From NCBI RefSeq assembly GCF_964355755.1, contig NC_092672.1, positions 19,357,237 to 19,421,236 of the forward strand: a stretch of DNA of 64,000 nt, given 5' to 3'. Source of the DNA: Antedon mediterranea. Its lineage: Eukaryota; Animalia; Echinodermata. Every line of letters starts with the position of its first letter. Position 1 is the stretch's first letter. Below, piece after piece: positions 1 through 14,800 of this stretch. The position numbers and the translations under genes are program-made. Under the pieces are notes generated by a model, which was not told the origin of the DNA, ran no database searches, and saw only the letters and a program-made list of their open reading frames with translations.

Positions 1-775
1 ATATTTATGTGATACAGTAGTACACATCCTGAGGTTATAAGAGTATAGGAAATATTGTGATATTGTGTTGAAATCTAAATATGATAAACAAGTATACAGA
101 GAAAATTTATATTACAGAGCTAAAACGATATAAAAAACATTCAGTATTATAAATTTAGATTCAATATAATAATAATAATAATTATAAGATGTTTTGTTTA
201 ATTCTTTGATAAAATGGTATAGTTTTAAATTGATAAAGAAAGACATTTTGAACATAATGCTTTCAAGATGTACATGAATTATATGATAAAATAACAAACT
301 AATTGCAAAACTAAACCCAAACCGAAGTATGGACATACGCCCTCGTTGCTAGCCAGGTTTATTAGCTAGCACCAGTTGTGTCTTGGTTCATCCTGGACAC
401 GAACTTTGAATCCTCTGAATAAAAACAGTACTTAGTAAAATGTTTGGAATAATAGTGCAATTTCCGGATAGATTCCATAATTCCCAAAATTTTCCAGCAT
501 TAGCCTGAACCATGTACGTGGGCTAATTTAAATTTACCAGTAGATCATTAGGCCTACCAAAACTAGCCCTTGATCCCCGCAATGGCTCTCTGTATTAAAC
601 TACAAAATAATATCTTAAACCAGTCTATTGAAAATGAAAAAACAAATCTGATAAACTTAAAGACAGTATATATAGACCTAGGTTTTTTGTAAAAATAAAT
701 ACTATTACTATATAGACATATTGCGGAAAAAAAATTGATTCTAATAATTTTAGCGGCCTGTTTTAAATCCCAACA

Positions 776-1678
776 GCAGTTTTGGTTGCTACTGATAAGC
801 TAGTTTGCTATTGAATTTGAAGGGTTAAGTGTTTCACTGCTATAGCAGCTATTTCTGCTATAGCTCGAAAAGCAGATGTGATTGCTAATGATATGCTATT
901 GTGCTATTGAAGTCTAAGGGTTAAGTCTGACTGCTATAGCAGCTATTTTTGCTATAGCTGGAAAAGCAGTTATGGTTGCTATTGATTTGTTATTATGCTA
1001 TTGAAGTCCGAGGGTTAAGTGTTACTGCTATAGCAGCTATTTTTGCTATAGCTGGAAAAGCAGTTATGGTTGCTATTGATTTGCTATTAATATTATGCTA
1101 TTGAATTTGAAGGGTTAAGTGTTTCACTGCTATAGCAGCTATTTCTGCTATAGCTCAAAAAGCAGATGTGATTGCTAATGATATGCTATTATGCTATTGA
1201 AGTCCAAGGGTTAAGTGTTACTGCTATAGCAGCTATTTTTGCTATAGCTGGAAAAGCAGTTATGGTTGCTATTGATTTGTTATTATGCTATTGAAGTCCG
1301 AGGGTTAAGTGTTTACTGCTATTGTGGTTGCTATTGGTTTGCTATTATGCTAATGAAGTCTGAGGGTTAAGTGTTACTGCTATAGCAGCTATTTTTGCTA
1401 TAGCTGGAAAAGCAGTTATGGTTGCTATTGATTTGCTATTATGCTATTGAATTTGAAGGGTTAAGTGTTTCACTGCTGTAGCAGCTATTTTGCTATAGCT
1501 GGAAAAGCAGTTGTGGTTGCTATTGATTTGTTAATATGCTATTGAAGTCTGAGGGTTAAGTGTTACTGCTATAGCAGCTATTTTTGCTATAGCTGGAAAA
1601 GCAGTTATGGTTGCTATTGATTTGTTAATATGCTATTGAAGTCTGAGGGTTAAGTGTTACTGCTATAGCAGCTATTTT
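776..1678. repeat. ~95-bp minisatellite (~9 imperfect units, core agggttaagtgttactgctatagcagctatttttgctatagctggaaaagcag)
   Basis: Directly visible tandem units, bracketed by a ~28-bp direct repeat (tttagcggcctgtttta[a/c]atcccaaca at ~749-775 and ~1677-1703). Confidence 0.95.
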
Positions 1679-1873
1679 TAGCGGCCTGTTTTACATCCCA
1701 ACATGCATCGCGTGCGGATTGATATTTCATATTGTGAGGTGATGATCGGTCACATGAAAAGGTAAACAAATTAAAGAACTGTAACTTTTCAGCTAAAATA
1801 CCTGGTCTTGCCTGCAAAACTAAGCCCAACTATTAAGCTAGATCAAACGTCTAGAACTTTCGAAGCGAGCTAC

Positions 1874-3357
1874 TTAGGGAGTGCATTAATTTTCTCTTTT
1901 ATCATAATTAACCATAAAATGCACATTTAATGTTTTTAAAGTTATATATTATTTTTACAAAACGGCAACAATTGCAGATCTAGTGTCTTTAACCAATATT
2001 AAAACTGAAGTTGTAATTTCTTCAATTAAGTCGTAGATTGTATACCTTCCAAAACTCCTAAGCGTTGGAATCATTTTTTATTAGGTCGTTTTCTGACTTA
2101 GTGTATTTATTATTATCAAGCTAAGTAAGAATGCAGTGGCGAACCTTCCGCATCTCATTCGTAACGATTCATACAAAGGACATTTAATAACAGAATTCTA
2201 AAGAAAATTCCACAGAGTATTGTGAATTGTACAAGTGCATAGACCATGCAAAAGTTGTTGTGACATCATAGCTAAAGTCAATAAGCATATTATGTGAATG
2301 AACACTAAATATGAAAATAGACTGTAAGGAGTGGTAGGCAGTTGGTGCTACAAATTGGTTTAATTTTGAGTTGATTGGTAAAGTCAGTATAGTTATCAAG
2401 ATTTCTTGTCCAAGTTGAGTCCATAATTTGTCAGTTTGCACTGTAGTTCATATTAAAGCAAGAAATACTACCCTAACTATTATCAGATTAATTTATTTAC
2501 AAATCTGATTTGTAATTTACAGTGTAGTATGGAAGGCTGCAATGAGTAGGTTTGAAAATAAACACTGAAATAATTGATTTGGATCAGAGTGCAAACCATT
2601 TTTGTAAATGTAAAAATTACACAATTGTGGGATGGTGTTAAGAGTATGGGAGGGGCATGTGCTTTCACCCCTAATTAGGAATGTCAGAGCCTAAAATCTG
2701 GGCAATCCCTAGGCTTTATTGTTTTTTTATCCAGTCACCATGCATCACAGATTTACAAAGCCAATTAAATTGGACAGAAAAGTATGAGTCAAATGTAAAA
2801 TTGTCATATTAAACATTTTTTTGAACGGCAACAGATTCTATGTAAAAGATGCCGAGATTGAATTCATTTTCTTAATTTTGTTTTTCTCTTTTGTTGGGGC
2901 AGTCCCCCTTTTATTGCACATATTATGATAAACAATATGATAAAAGTTATATCTATCTATCAATGGATATTTATGTTATACATTTTTTACTGCACTTTTA
3001 AATTTTGGCCTATAGGCCTATAACACACACAAATTCCTATTAGGGAGTGCATTAATTGTCTCTTTTATCATAATTAACCTTAAAATGCACATTTAATCTT
3101 TTTAAAGTTATATATATGCATTATTTTTACAAAACGTCAACAATTGCAGATCTAGTGTCTTTGACCAATATTAAAACCGATGTTGTAATTTCATGAATTA
3201 AGTCATAGATTGTATACCTTCCAAAACTCCTAAGCGTCAGAATCATTTTTTGTTAGGTCGTTTTCTGACTTAGTGTATTTATTATTATTATCAAGCAAAG
3301 TAAGAATGCAGTGGCACACCCTCCGCATCTCATTCGTAACGATTCTTACAAAGGACA
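1874..3357 (+). repeat. ~310-bp direct repeat pair (1874-2182 and ~3040-3357)
   Basis: ttagggagtgcattaat...gtaacgattc[a/t]tacaaaggaca occurs twice with few differences. Confidence 0.9.
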
Positions 3358-3829
3358 CCGCCATACAACCGCCATACAACCACCCCTATTGTTTAGCTGA
3401 CAGTCAGTAAGCATAAATAAAAGTGTATATACGTCAAAAATGGAACGCCTTGGTTACCTACATATCATCATCATAGAGGATATGTTAATAATAATATAGT
3501 ACACTAACTGTGGTAACTGTGTACTGTAGTATACATTATAGCAACCTATTTTTTTTCAAGGCCATCCACCCAACTGTATCAATACCGAGGCTATTTATAT
3601 ATTTAATTTCTTCAACAAATTGATGTAAATAAATATTGAGCTATAATAAGCATTACATTTTGCGCTTTTTTCGGGGCTTCCCCTAGATGCACGTTCGCAA
3701 TGAACTAAATACTGAGTGAATGAAATCGGCAACAAAATGTTATATCGCCCTGCAATTAGTCACATGTGTTTATTGGAGGGGTAAAGTATGATTGTTTTGC
3801 TCATTGGTAGCATGCTACTGTACATATGA

Positions 3830-4160
3830 GAGTGTCTTTTCCTGCAAATTAGAGGTGCCATTTATCATGAATTTTATGTGCGAGAGTACCATTTCCAGCC
3901 ATCTAGGGCGTCATTTAACATTTTAAGTTCGCTTCGCCATAGGTCCTGTCGACGGCCCTGGACAAGCACCTTTTTCCACCATGTGCAAACGCTAACTTGC
4001 TCGAAGCGCCCTGTTGTGACGGAAATTGGGGAAAATGTCACCCTATAGTAGGCTAGTACCTCAACTCATCCCCAACCCCAACCAAGGTAGGGCTGAGTTG
4101 GTGTGGACTCTCTACAGTTGCGCCCCCTCCCCCTTTCACAAAATCCTCGATCCGCCCCTG
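3830..4160 (+). mobile_element. Non-autonomous DNA transposon end (hAT-like, ...gatccgcccctg); related fragment ~27655-27783
   Basis: Shared gagag..catttcc.gccatctag.gg.gtcattt motif and a CAGGGGCGG-type terminus in both places. Confidence 0.5.
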
Positions 4161-5102
4161 GAATGCATTAATTAATTTATTAATAGTAAAAGCCAAAGTT
4201 GTTTTTCGAAATGCTTATTGGCTGATTCAGCAGCTGGTTATTTAATGTATACGTTTTAGTTTTACTTTGTTGTTTGTAGGTATAGTAATCATTTTGGCAT
4301 ACTGTATATCATTTATTTCAATGGGTACCAACAACACAACTTCATTAACTGTATTAATAGTTCATAGTACACAACTGTATTAATAATTCATTATGATCAT
4401 TTTCTTTGGTTTTGCCTGTAAACATTCAGTTGGTTTGGTTTTGTCTTGTCTCTGATTATTAACTACTAATGCCTTGTTTAATAATGGATTTATTCAATAC
4501 CTAATTACATAGAGTAAGAAAATTACTGTTACCATCTTTTTTTATTTTATAATTGCATTATACTGTATTTGGTTTTATAGTCAAACCTGTTTCAAGATCA
4601 TTATTCATCATGCATGCAGATTTACGAAATGTAAAATTGTCTTAATAAAAATGCTAAAGTAATTTTTGTGTATTTCTTGAAACACATAAAACGGTTATGT
4701 TTTTTAAAGAAACCTATGTTGGATCGCATTGTACTTTATTTCCTTGCACCTGTTTTTAACTGTACATGAGACAGTATGCGTTTGTAGTTCTAATCAACTA
4801 TATGATAAAACAAGGACAACCTATGGTGTAAATTTTACAGAATATATTGAATTGCCTTGGTTATCAGATAAAAGTGTTGGTCTTTTGTACAACAATTTGC
4901 ATTCAAGTATTAATATAGAAAAAGCATTATATATTTTAGATTTGTTTGTATTTCAGCATTACCTACTTGTAGAGCTAGAATGAATATATTATTAATTGAT
5001 AGAGGAGGCATTGGTTGAGGAAAGTGTTGATAGATGAGACATTTATTTACTCAACATCATGTTCAGTACTTTTAGTCCTAGTACTGTATTTATATTGATT
5101 AT

Positions 5103-5606
5103 TGTCAAAATTAGAGGGAGGGATAGTATATAGGTTGAGTTTAAAGCCACAATCTACAGATGATCACAATGATTGCTTCATTCTTTGCCATTGTGATGAG
5201 CTGTCAACATTAGAGGAAGGGATAGTATTTAGGTTGAGTTTAAAGCCACAATCTGCAGATGATCCCAATGATTGCTTCATTCTTTGCCATTGTGATGAGC
5301 TGTCAACATTAGAGGAAGGGATAGTATTTAGGTTGAGTTTAAAGCCACAATCTGCAGATGATCCCAATGATTGCTTCATTCTTTGCCATTGTGATGAGCT
5401 GTCAAATTAGAGGAAAGGATAGTATTTAGGTTGAGTTTAAAGCCACAATCTGCTGATGATCCCAATGATTGCTTTATTCTTTGCCATTGTGATGAGCTGT
5501 CAACATTAGAGGAAGGGATAGTATTTAGCATGGAGTAAAGTTTAAAGCCACAATCTGCTGATGATCCTAATGATTGCTTCATTCTTTGCCATTGTGATGA
5601 GCTGTC
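5103..5606. repeat. 99-bp tandem repeat, ~5 copies
   Basis: Unit tgtcaacattagaggaagggatagtatttaggttgagtttaaagccacaatctgcagatgatcccaatgattgcttcattctttgccattgtgatgagc. Confidence 0.97.
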
Positions 5607-5825
5607 ACACAAGTTTCTTTTTATCATTAAGTATCTACCACTAGTATTCAAATAACTCACAATATTATCATCATGTTTTTATGTCTGTGAAAAGAAGCTG
5701 TGTATTTATTAATGCAGTTTACTTTAATATAAAATATTTTTATTTGAATTGAAAAATTGTTTTTTTTTATAACTTAAACAAGCATTATACATTGTTTTTG
5801 TATTTTCTTTCAGTTTAGCAATACA

Positions 5826-5876
5826 ATGGGGCTCCAAGGATGGCTGGTTAATCTTTGTGCAAATAATGGTCTTAAG
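5826..5876 (+). CDS. ROCO-like gene, first coding exon ([17 protein letters not shown])
   Basis: Acceptor ttttctttcag ends at 5813, ATG at 5826, donor AAG|gtaggc, phase 0. Resembles an ankyrin N-cap. Confidence 0.65.
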
Positions 5877-8800
5877 GTAGGCAAGTTTACAATGTTTTAG
5901 GATAATAGCATTTAACCAGCAACAATTATAGCAATGCTATCACATTAACAACTTAATAAATTGTTCTATTAGCTTATGATATGGAAACAAAAGAGAACTA
6001 AAACAAGTAACTAAATAAATTAAATAGTGACAACAAATTACAGTATTACAATGGATCAAAATAATCACTGTATAGTGCTTCTATGCTGTTGGCTCGTTTG
6101 ATGTGATTGTTTTGCTTTAATTATTTGACCAGCATGATATATCAACACATTAAATAATACAACATAGAGATGAAAAATGCTGGGCAGGGGCAGCTTAAGC
6201 AAAATACATTTCTGTAAATCAAACGAGTCAGCTACCCCTCATATAAAATGCTGGGCAGGGGCAGCTTAAGCAAAATACATTGCTGTAAATCAAATGAGTC
6301 GGCTACCCCTCATACAAAATGCTGGGCAGGGGCAGCTTAAACAAAATACATTGCTGTAAATCAAATGAGTCAGCTACCCCTCATACAAAAATAAATATAA
6401 AAAATAAATAAATAAAAATTTCATCAAAATTTTTCTATAAAAATATGTCTACAAAATTAATGTAAATACAAAATTTAAGACAAGCAGAAAAAAACTTATT
6501 TATTTGGGCAATCTAATATTATTATAATGATAATATTATAATATAATGGTTGTAATTTAATACAACATGGAATGTATGTTGTCTATGTTTACTATAGTAT
6601 GTATTTTAATGAAAAATGTAACTGAATGCATATTGATCTATATGTTTATTTCATAGATTGCAGAGGAAAAAACTGCTGAAGAAATTTGCCATTTCATTGT
6701 TAGCAACAATGCTGTCAACATCCAGAACCAGGTATACATCAATTTGTTTTCCTTTGCAATGAATTTGATAATACAACCTTAAAGTACTTGACACTAATTA
6801 AAGTACATCAATACTATTTTTTTTCCAACATAATTGTTTCACTTCTTTCTTCTTCAGTTTTTAGTGTTAAAGTATATTGTGTGTTTATATCTTATCTTAG
6901 CTGTATGTTAGATGGTTTGTATATTGTGTGTTTATATCTTATCTTAGCTGTATGTTAGATGGTTTGTCAATATAATTTAGTACATTAGTCTTTCAGTACA
7001 ATTTGCTTAGACAATTTGATTGGCTAATACCGGATTTGAATAATGGCTTGGTAACTCAATCCCCTGTAATTGTAATTAATTTCAGAATCTGAACAATGAT
7101 ATAATTATTCATCTGTTGGAAAAATAACTAAACAAATTTTAATTACATCATACTAGAGTAGTAGAAATATATACTTTCATTTATTAAAATTTATCACTGA
7201 AAAAAAATACAAGGGACAATTCAGTGAAAAAAAAGTGATGAACAGGTGGCAAGCACATCTATCCACGTTTAACCTTTGAACAGATAACAAAACAGAAACA
7301 CAAACATATTAGGCCCTTAAATAATTTCTTGCCCTACTATAAACATTAAAAAAAACAAACATGTAGGAGGCCTACTGTACGTACACGTACCAATTTAACT
7401 CGGCACCAATTTTATTCAAGTTAAACACAGTGAAATTCTTAATTGGTTTAATGAAAAATATTTCCAGGAAAAATGTATAAATACATAAATTATGTTGTTA
7501 CAATGCAAGATAAAAGTACAATTGGGCCCAAAGAGATTGAACTGAATGTGATTTTGTGCGTCCCGGAAAACCCAGCCGAAGCATGCGATTGGTCAGTCCA
7601 TTTTTCTGTGATAATATAATATTTATAACCATCATCTCTTAACAATCTCTAGATCTGACGCTCAGCAGTGACTTTGACATCGGATACTCTGTATATTCGA
7701 TCGATTTAAACATGGTCAATAGAAGTAAAATGACCAAAAAATCTGCTATAGTTGATAATTAATTGCACGATTTTGGAAGTGGGGCCTTTGTTTTTCAAGG
7801 GGGGTGTTCGCTGGTAAAAGGGGGGGTTCGCACAAAAGGTGATGGAGGGGCGGGGGGGGGGGTGGTTCGCCCGAACCCTAAAAAAACCCCTGGCTACGGG
7901 GCTGGATATATAAGTAGGCTACAAAAGTTGTTATTTGATCATTTTGTTCCAAAATTAACAAGATGTTGTTGTCATGATTTATTGTGATACAAATGTTAAA
8001 GCACTGCTCACTCTGTCACCCACTTGATAAACTATGCTTTTGGTCTCTTAGTATGGTTTCAGTGATTGATGACCACTAATAACGGTTTCCTCCTATGTGT
8101 AACATTCAGATAATAATATAATACCGTATATATTTTAAATGTGTACTGTTCTTTACTATTACAGTATTTTACAGTATTTGCATCTTATGTTTTTATGATT
8201 AGTAACAATTGTTTTTACATCATTACAGGAGAATTAATGTACATTTCGTTTACAAATAATTAAATATATTGAGTAACTATTCATTAACCTGGAAGTGATA
8301 TTTTTGGCAGTAAAAATAATGGCAGTATGAATTGTATTTTCACTTTAAATCAACTTTTAGACAATTACAAAGCTGTATTTTGTATGGGGACAATTAAATG
8401 GTTATGGTAATTTTCAACATTTTAGTGATTTACTAAAATGTATGCTTGGTTACATAATATAGGCTACAAAATGTTTATTATGTTGCTATATTAAAAATAA
8501 TAATTCAGTTGTTTGATGGAAAATAAGTTTGTTAAGATCAATTGACCAGAACATATGATAGCTCAGTCACTTTGCAGGATTAACACAATTCTAACATTTT
8601 AATGTTTTAATATTTCAATAGAATGGCACATCAGCATTGGCTTGGGCTTCAGTATATGGTAATTTAAACATATGCCAAATATTGGTGGGTGCTGGAGCTA
8701 AAGTGAACCTCCAAAGTAAAGTAAGTCATTTTATATTATTTAACATTTCAAACAAGTAAAAGTGAATGTAATACTAATTCACTGCATATTTTGACAGCTA

Positions 8801-11800
8801 CATTATTGTAAGAAAAGGCAGAGTAGTATCAATAGTAACATGTTTACTATTCCCTGATATGTATAACTACAGATATGAAAATGATTACGTCTGTACATTA
8901 AAACTATAGTTTAAGAAAATTACACTATTTGTTGTATTTAAACATTTGTTCTACCAAACATACTGTAGTTGTGCAAGGAATGTTTATATATAGCAATGTA
9001 TGAATTTAATTATTAAACATTTAAATGTCTCCAAATAATAAGAGGAAAGATATAATTCAATGTTTCTGTCTTTATTGGATCATCATCAGGGAAACAATAC
9101 TAATTCAATTAAAGTATGCAAATGAGGAAAGATAAACAAAGTAATTAAATATATGTAATAGTAATACCTTGATTTTAGTTTTAGATCTCAAATATTTTAT
9201 TTATAAAATGTATTTTTTATTTGAGCCCTTTATTTTTTATTTATTTTTTTTTTAATTTATTTTTTTTTTTTATTCATTTCAAAAAAATACAACCATAACA
9301 CAAAATCACTTAAATATAAAGTAATAGGTATCAAAATGATATGAACGTTTAAATAAAATAACTTACATTGATCAAACAATATTAAAAACTATAAATTATT
9401 AATTCCATTTTTTTTAAAAAGTAAATAATTAATTAATTTTGGTAAATGCTGTGTTTTCCACAATTATGTAACTAATCTAAACTAAATATAATTGTATTAA
9501 TCAAATTAGCCAGAGATATACATTTACTAACATATTAATTTTTTTTTGTCTTTACATAGTAATAATAAATAATACTCATATACATACACATGCATACACA
9601 CAAATATATCTGAATCTGTACTCTAACCAAAGAACTATAATATAATTGTATTAATTAAAATCAGATAACTACATTTAACAACATAACCATTTTTGTTTCT
9701 TTAAAAAAATACATAATATATTTTTAATTATCTGTATTTTAACCAAGGAACTAATAGTATGCCTATAATAAATAATTAAAAATATCTAACAAGTGAAAAA
9801 TAATAATTTCTGGTTTACATTTTAATTCATAATACAACAATAAAGAGCAAGCGTAATAATAATAATAATACACAAAAGTAAGTCATTTCTCGAGAAACAG
9901 TATCATTAAGTTATTAAATATAATCTTCTATTAATCTCCACTTTTGTCTGAAATAATACAATGTACTTCTTTTAGAAGCAATGTTTTTTTCTACGTTATA
10001 ATTAAATTTTAACCGATTAAAGAAAACCTGGAAGACTGGCTTTTTGTGAGTTAATTTGTAACTAAATATAATTTTCTTAATCAACAAAATACATAGATTT
10101 AATAACATATCAGGATTTTCTGTATTGTAACCAAATAATATGGAGGTTTTATCAAGGTTAATCTTTGTTTTTGAAATGTTTTCCCACCAAGTCGTGAATT
10201 CATCCCATAGTTTGGTTGCAATGTTACATTCAACCAAAAGATGGGTCATAATTTCACTATTTGATTCACAATAGGAACACATATTACTCGGTACAATATT
10301 CATTTTATGTAGTCTACTATTAGTTGACAAGCAATTCACATTAAGTTTATACTGAAATATTCTGGTTCTTACCTCCTGAGAACATTTAAATGGTAATACA
10401 TAAATATTTTCCCATTTATCGCTATCTACACCTAATTCATCCTGCAATTTACTTTGAGATGTTGGTATTTTAAAGATTTTTTTAATTAAGGCTCTGTATA
10501 TATTTTTTGTACTCATACTTTCTAATTCTTGTTCTTCATTCTTTACTTCCACTATAAACCCTCTCTTTTTATAATTTTTTCGTAAAAACCCTAGCTTCAT
10601 GTTTGCTTTCCACTGTGGGGGTATTGCAGATATCGTCATTCTCCAGTGCATGAAATTACTTGTCGATAAGCCTCTCTTTATCCACGTATTAAAGGGAATG
10701 ATATTACCGTTTACTAAACATATCCCAACATCTCTGAGGCTCTTGTAATAAAATGGCTTGCCATGTATATGCATGTGCCTATTAAACCATATATATTGGG
10801 ACCCTTCGTTTACTGTATCAGGATGTATTAATTCGAAATAAGCGTTTAACATATCCTTATAAAACAATGGAATGTTTTTCCAACGACGGACACAGTCCGC
10901 GCTTACATTACAATAAAAAATGGTGTCGCCTCCTTGCTTATTTTAGGTTTAAGCTTAAACTGGGAAAATTTTATACACAAATAGTTATTTGTTATAGGGC
11001 CTGTTTCTGCTGAGCAGAAATAATCGATTATTAATCGATTATTTTTGGGCAGCAAAAACGTCGCAAAATTAAATAACCTATTAAAAATAACCGATTAAAA
11101 ACACTCAATCCATTGCATGTTTTAACCGATTATTTCTTGTTTTAACCGATTATTGCGGAGCAGTTTTGAGCTGCAACACAAAAAGCGATTATTGACCACA
11201 CTTTGTCCTCTAGAGTATGGCAACCCTCACTCACAGTGCATGCTGTTTATTTGCGCGATCGACGACGATCAACAAAACAATGATGTGGACCGAACATTTC
11301 ATTGTTATTATTTTGTAGGGGAGAATTATACCGAGAGGATTCTGCATTACAAGTACACCGTTACATCCCACCCAGTCCAGGCTAACAGTGTTTTGCATGT
11401 CCTTTTTTACGCCTGTTGTTTTCGGTAGAAATTATATCCCAGCTACTAGGCTAGGCTAGGCAGAGTAGAACCAACAACGAAACGAACTTTCTCGCCGACG
11501 TGTCCTTATTAATACATCATTATTCTGTTGTATGTGGTACGGTAGTAGGCCTAGATGTTTATTTTACAAATAATATAGCTTTACGTAAGAGTTCAATTTT
11601 TACTTTTTAATCCTACTGTACTGTATATGTGAGAGTTTTAGGCAGCAATACTGTAGGATGTAAACAAACCAACTCTCATCGGCCTTCCATAACTTGAACT
11701 GCGTTGTGGGAATTGATGACATGATTGTTAAAAAGCGATTACCAGATAACCGATTAACGGTGGAGAACATTTTCAGTTACAATGCAATCAATTCTGTGGT

Positions 11801-14800
11801 TTGTGGTACTTAGGAAAAATCAATTATTTTTATTTTTTCAGCAGAAACCGACCCTAAAAAATTTACAATTTGTTGCTGATGCACTATATTACAAACAAAA
11901 TTTACCACTCAGTTTCAAATTCAGACCTCTCCTGATAATCACGGGAGTTTCTTGATATTTCATTTCATCTGCTTTTCCGTAAAAAAAAAAAGATTTCTGA
12001 TTTTTTGGATAATTCAAAAAATGTCATGAGAATGTATATTTCTACTACTAATATGAGAATAGATATAGATAAAGATAATAAAAAACAAGAATATTGACTT
12101 GTAAGATATTTGAGTAAACTACTTTGCTTAATAGGGGACAATACAGTCATTCAGCGTTCGGGTAACAAACTCGCATGATGAATATACATGTGGTAAATTC
12201 TTACCAGAGGGGTACATGTACATCAAATGGAATTTCACAACATTCGTTCGGTGTTTGGGCAACAAACTCGCATGATGAATATACACGTGGTATACTAGAG
12301 TGCGTGAAATTGTAATTATTTCTACTTATTTGTCTATATTATACGAAAATAACGTTTAAATCCTGTTTAAAAAAAATTGTTTTCATTCAGTTTGCCGACG
12401 ACATTTTTTTTTTGCTTTGATATGAAATATGAATCAATATTTTTACGATTGACGATTTAGTGATGCTTATCAGCATGTTAACGCAGGTTTCAATCGTGAC
12501 TTGATTCTTGTTAACGCAAATTGGCGCGAAGTAGCAAGATTATAGTAATAATAATAATAATAATAACAATAACACCACTAATAATAATAATAATAATAAT
12601 ACAAGTTCATGGGGCAGACATTTTTTTTTTGTATCAAGTTGGTGGCAAATGCTATCATACATTTTTGGAAAGCTTAATATTTGTACTTTTTAAAAATCCA
12701 TGATAGCAATGCCAATTGTACAGCTTAATAGTCATTTTATGATTATATAACACGCCTACAGAAAATATGCAACACAAAATTGTGTCATTAGTAATTTGTA
12801 ATCGTTGACAATTTTGGAGTAGGGGATAACATTTTTAGTCGCGTGGAAGCGACTCTATAGTTCACTATGTCGGTCGGTCGGTCTGTCTGTCTGTCTGTCG
12901 GTCGGTCTGTCTGTCGGTCTGTCTGTCTGTCTGTCGGTCCGGTATCACTATGCGTTTTATTGCTTTATGACCTTATCTTGATATCAGTTTAATCTAGCTA
13001 AGTCAATTTTTCACAGAATATTCCTTATGGCCAGGAATCGATGTGGTTATGTTTTCACGGTGCGCAATAAAAAATTACGCGGTCTACGCACGATTTAACG
13101 AAATCACGTTTGTAATCATATCTTAACAACCATGAATCACAATTAAATAAAATTTGGTACTCATAAATTTCAGGGCATAAATCATCATATGGCAATACAA
13201 TTACGTGCGTAGCGCATGTAACGCATGCGTACGCGCGCTTAAAATTTTCAAAATTTATTTTCGATGAAATAAGAGTACGTTTCAGGCAATTTTAAGCGTT
13301 TACAAAATTGCCATGAGTGCGCAGATTTTTGCGCGCGCACTGCGCGTTAAATGTTATTGCGCACTCTTTTTGCCCGATTTCTGTTTTCTTGACTTTTCAA
13401 CTCGAAATTACGTTATACGAGCACGTCAAAAGTGACAGGCTACGCACGTGTAAATTAAAAAAATATAAATGTTTTTAAACATTTCAACATTTTTAAACAT
13501 GTTCAGTAATTTCGGTCAGTATAGTTCACTATGTCGGTCGGTCCGTCTGTCTGTCGGTCTGTCTGTCTGTCGGTCTGTTTGTCTGTCGGTCCGGTATCAC
13601 TATGCATTGTAGCACGCGACTTAATGGCTGTTGGCCTTGTTCCAATTAACTTAAGATTTAGTAAACAGATTTGCGTTTTCTTGGTATTAATATGTAGGGT
13701 ATAGATTGCTTAAATGTAATAATGGTTTAACTATAAAATTTTTCTTAAATTGAGATGTTTGTCTTATTTGACTATTGAGGTATAACTGTATTACTTGAAT
13801 TGATCAGGTATCCCAAAATATGTCTATAAATATGAATTTAAAATAATAATTGGAGCTTATCTACAAATTCCCATAGAAAAACAATTCTTACAAATTTAGC
13901 AATTCATTTATTTTTTTTTATTTTTTTAATACCAATATTAAACATGGTAAATTTATTTCATCTAGAAGAGATCAATGAAAAATTAAAATAGAGATCTAAA
14001 ACAACAGATGATCATACAGTAGCTGTTAATTTTAAATTGTATGCTTTTGGCATATTTAACTCTCTACTGATTGGAGTAGTAAAGATTGTCTGATTTAATG
14101 TTGTAATTATAGATACAAAATCTTCACTCATCTAAAACCTTATTCATTATTTTAATGATTTACATTAATACATACAAATACAATACATTAGTTTATATTT
14201 TTTAATAAAAAGGTTTGCCAAATATAATTGTGGCACATTTCAACAAATTACAGCATATAATAATTACTGTAGATAAAACCAAATTACATTTCCTCAAAAG
14301 AGCATTATCGTTCTACTTAAAAGCTTTGGTCTTTGCTCTATCGTACCCCATCGCTTGTAGTATTATATCCCGCTACCCGGCCTGTGTTAAATATAAAGGC
14401 ATCCATGTCTAATTCATATTATATTTACCTGTTTCAAATGAAAAAATGGATAGCTACAGTAGATTGTTTTAAATTTAAAGAAACTAGAGGATGAGCTTGC
14501 TTCGCTCGCTCCCCCTCTAGGAAGTGTAGACGATGGTTCTCGGAATGATAATGTTCTCCTTATACGTTTTCTGTCGGTTACCATTATTGAAAATGCTTGA
14601 CATTCGTAAAACTATACTACTTTGTTTCACAGTGTTTTAGATGATTAATAACATTTTAAAGTACAGTTTTTATTGTTTGGTAGGGCCCTTTGGGGAGGCG
14701 GAGGTCATTTGAGGGAGGTGCTTATTCGAGGGATATATGTTAAATTTTGTAGTTTTAATAATATGGTAACATTTATAATAAAATGAAATCCTCTAATATA

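Noticed and set aside
776-1678. CRISPR-like array (also considered for 58086-58796)
   Set aside because: The units repeat in full with no unique spacers, there are no cas genes, and the context is eukaryotic.
1700-1770. Possible non-coding first exon/promoter of the ROCO-like gene (aaag|gtaaac donor)
   Set aside because: A lone donor-like site is not enough without transcript data.
5102-5410. 102-aa ORF with 33-aa periodicity, possibly an ankyrin or other repeat protein
   Set aside because: No ankyrin motif. It is the translation of a 99-bp VNTR, open on both strands and frameshifted in later units.
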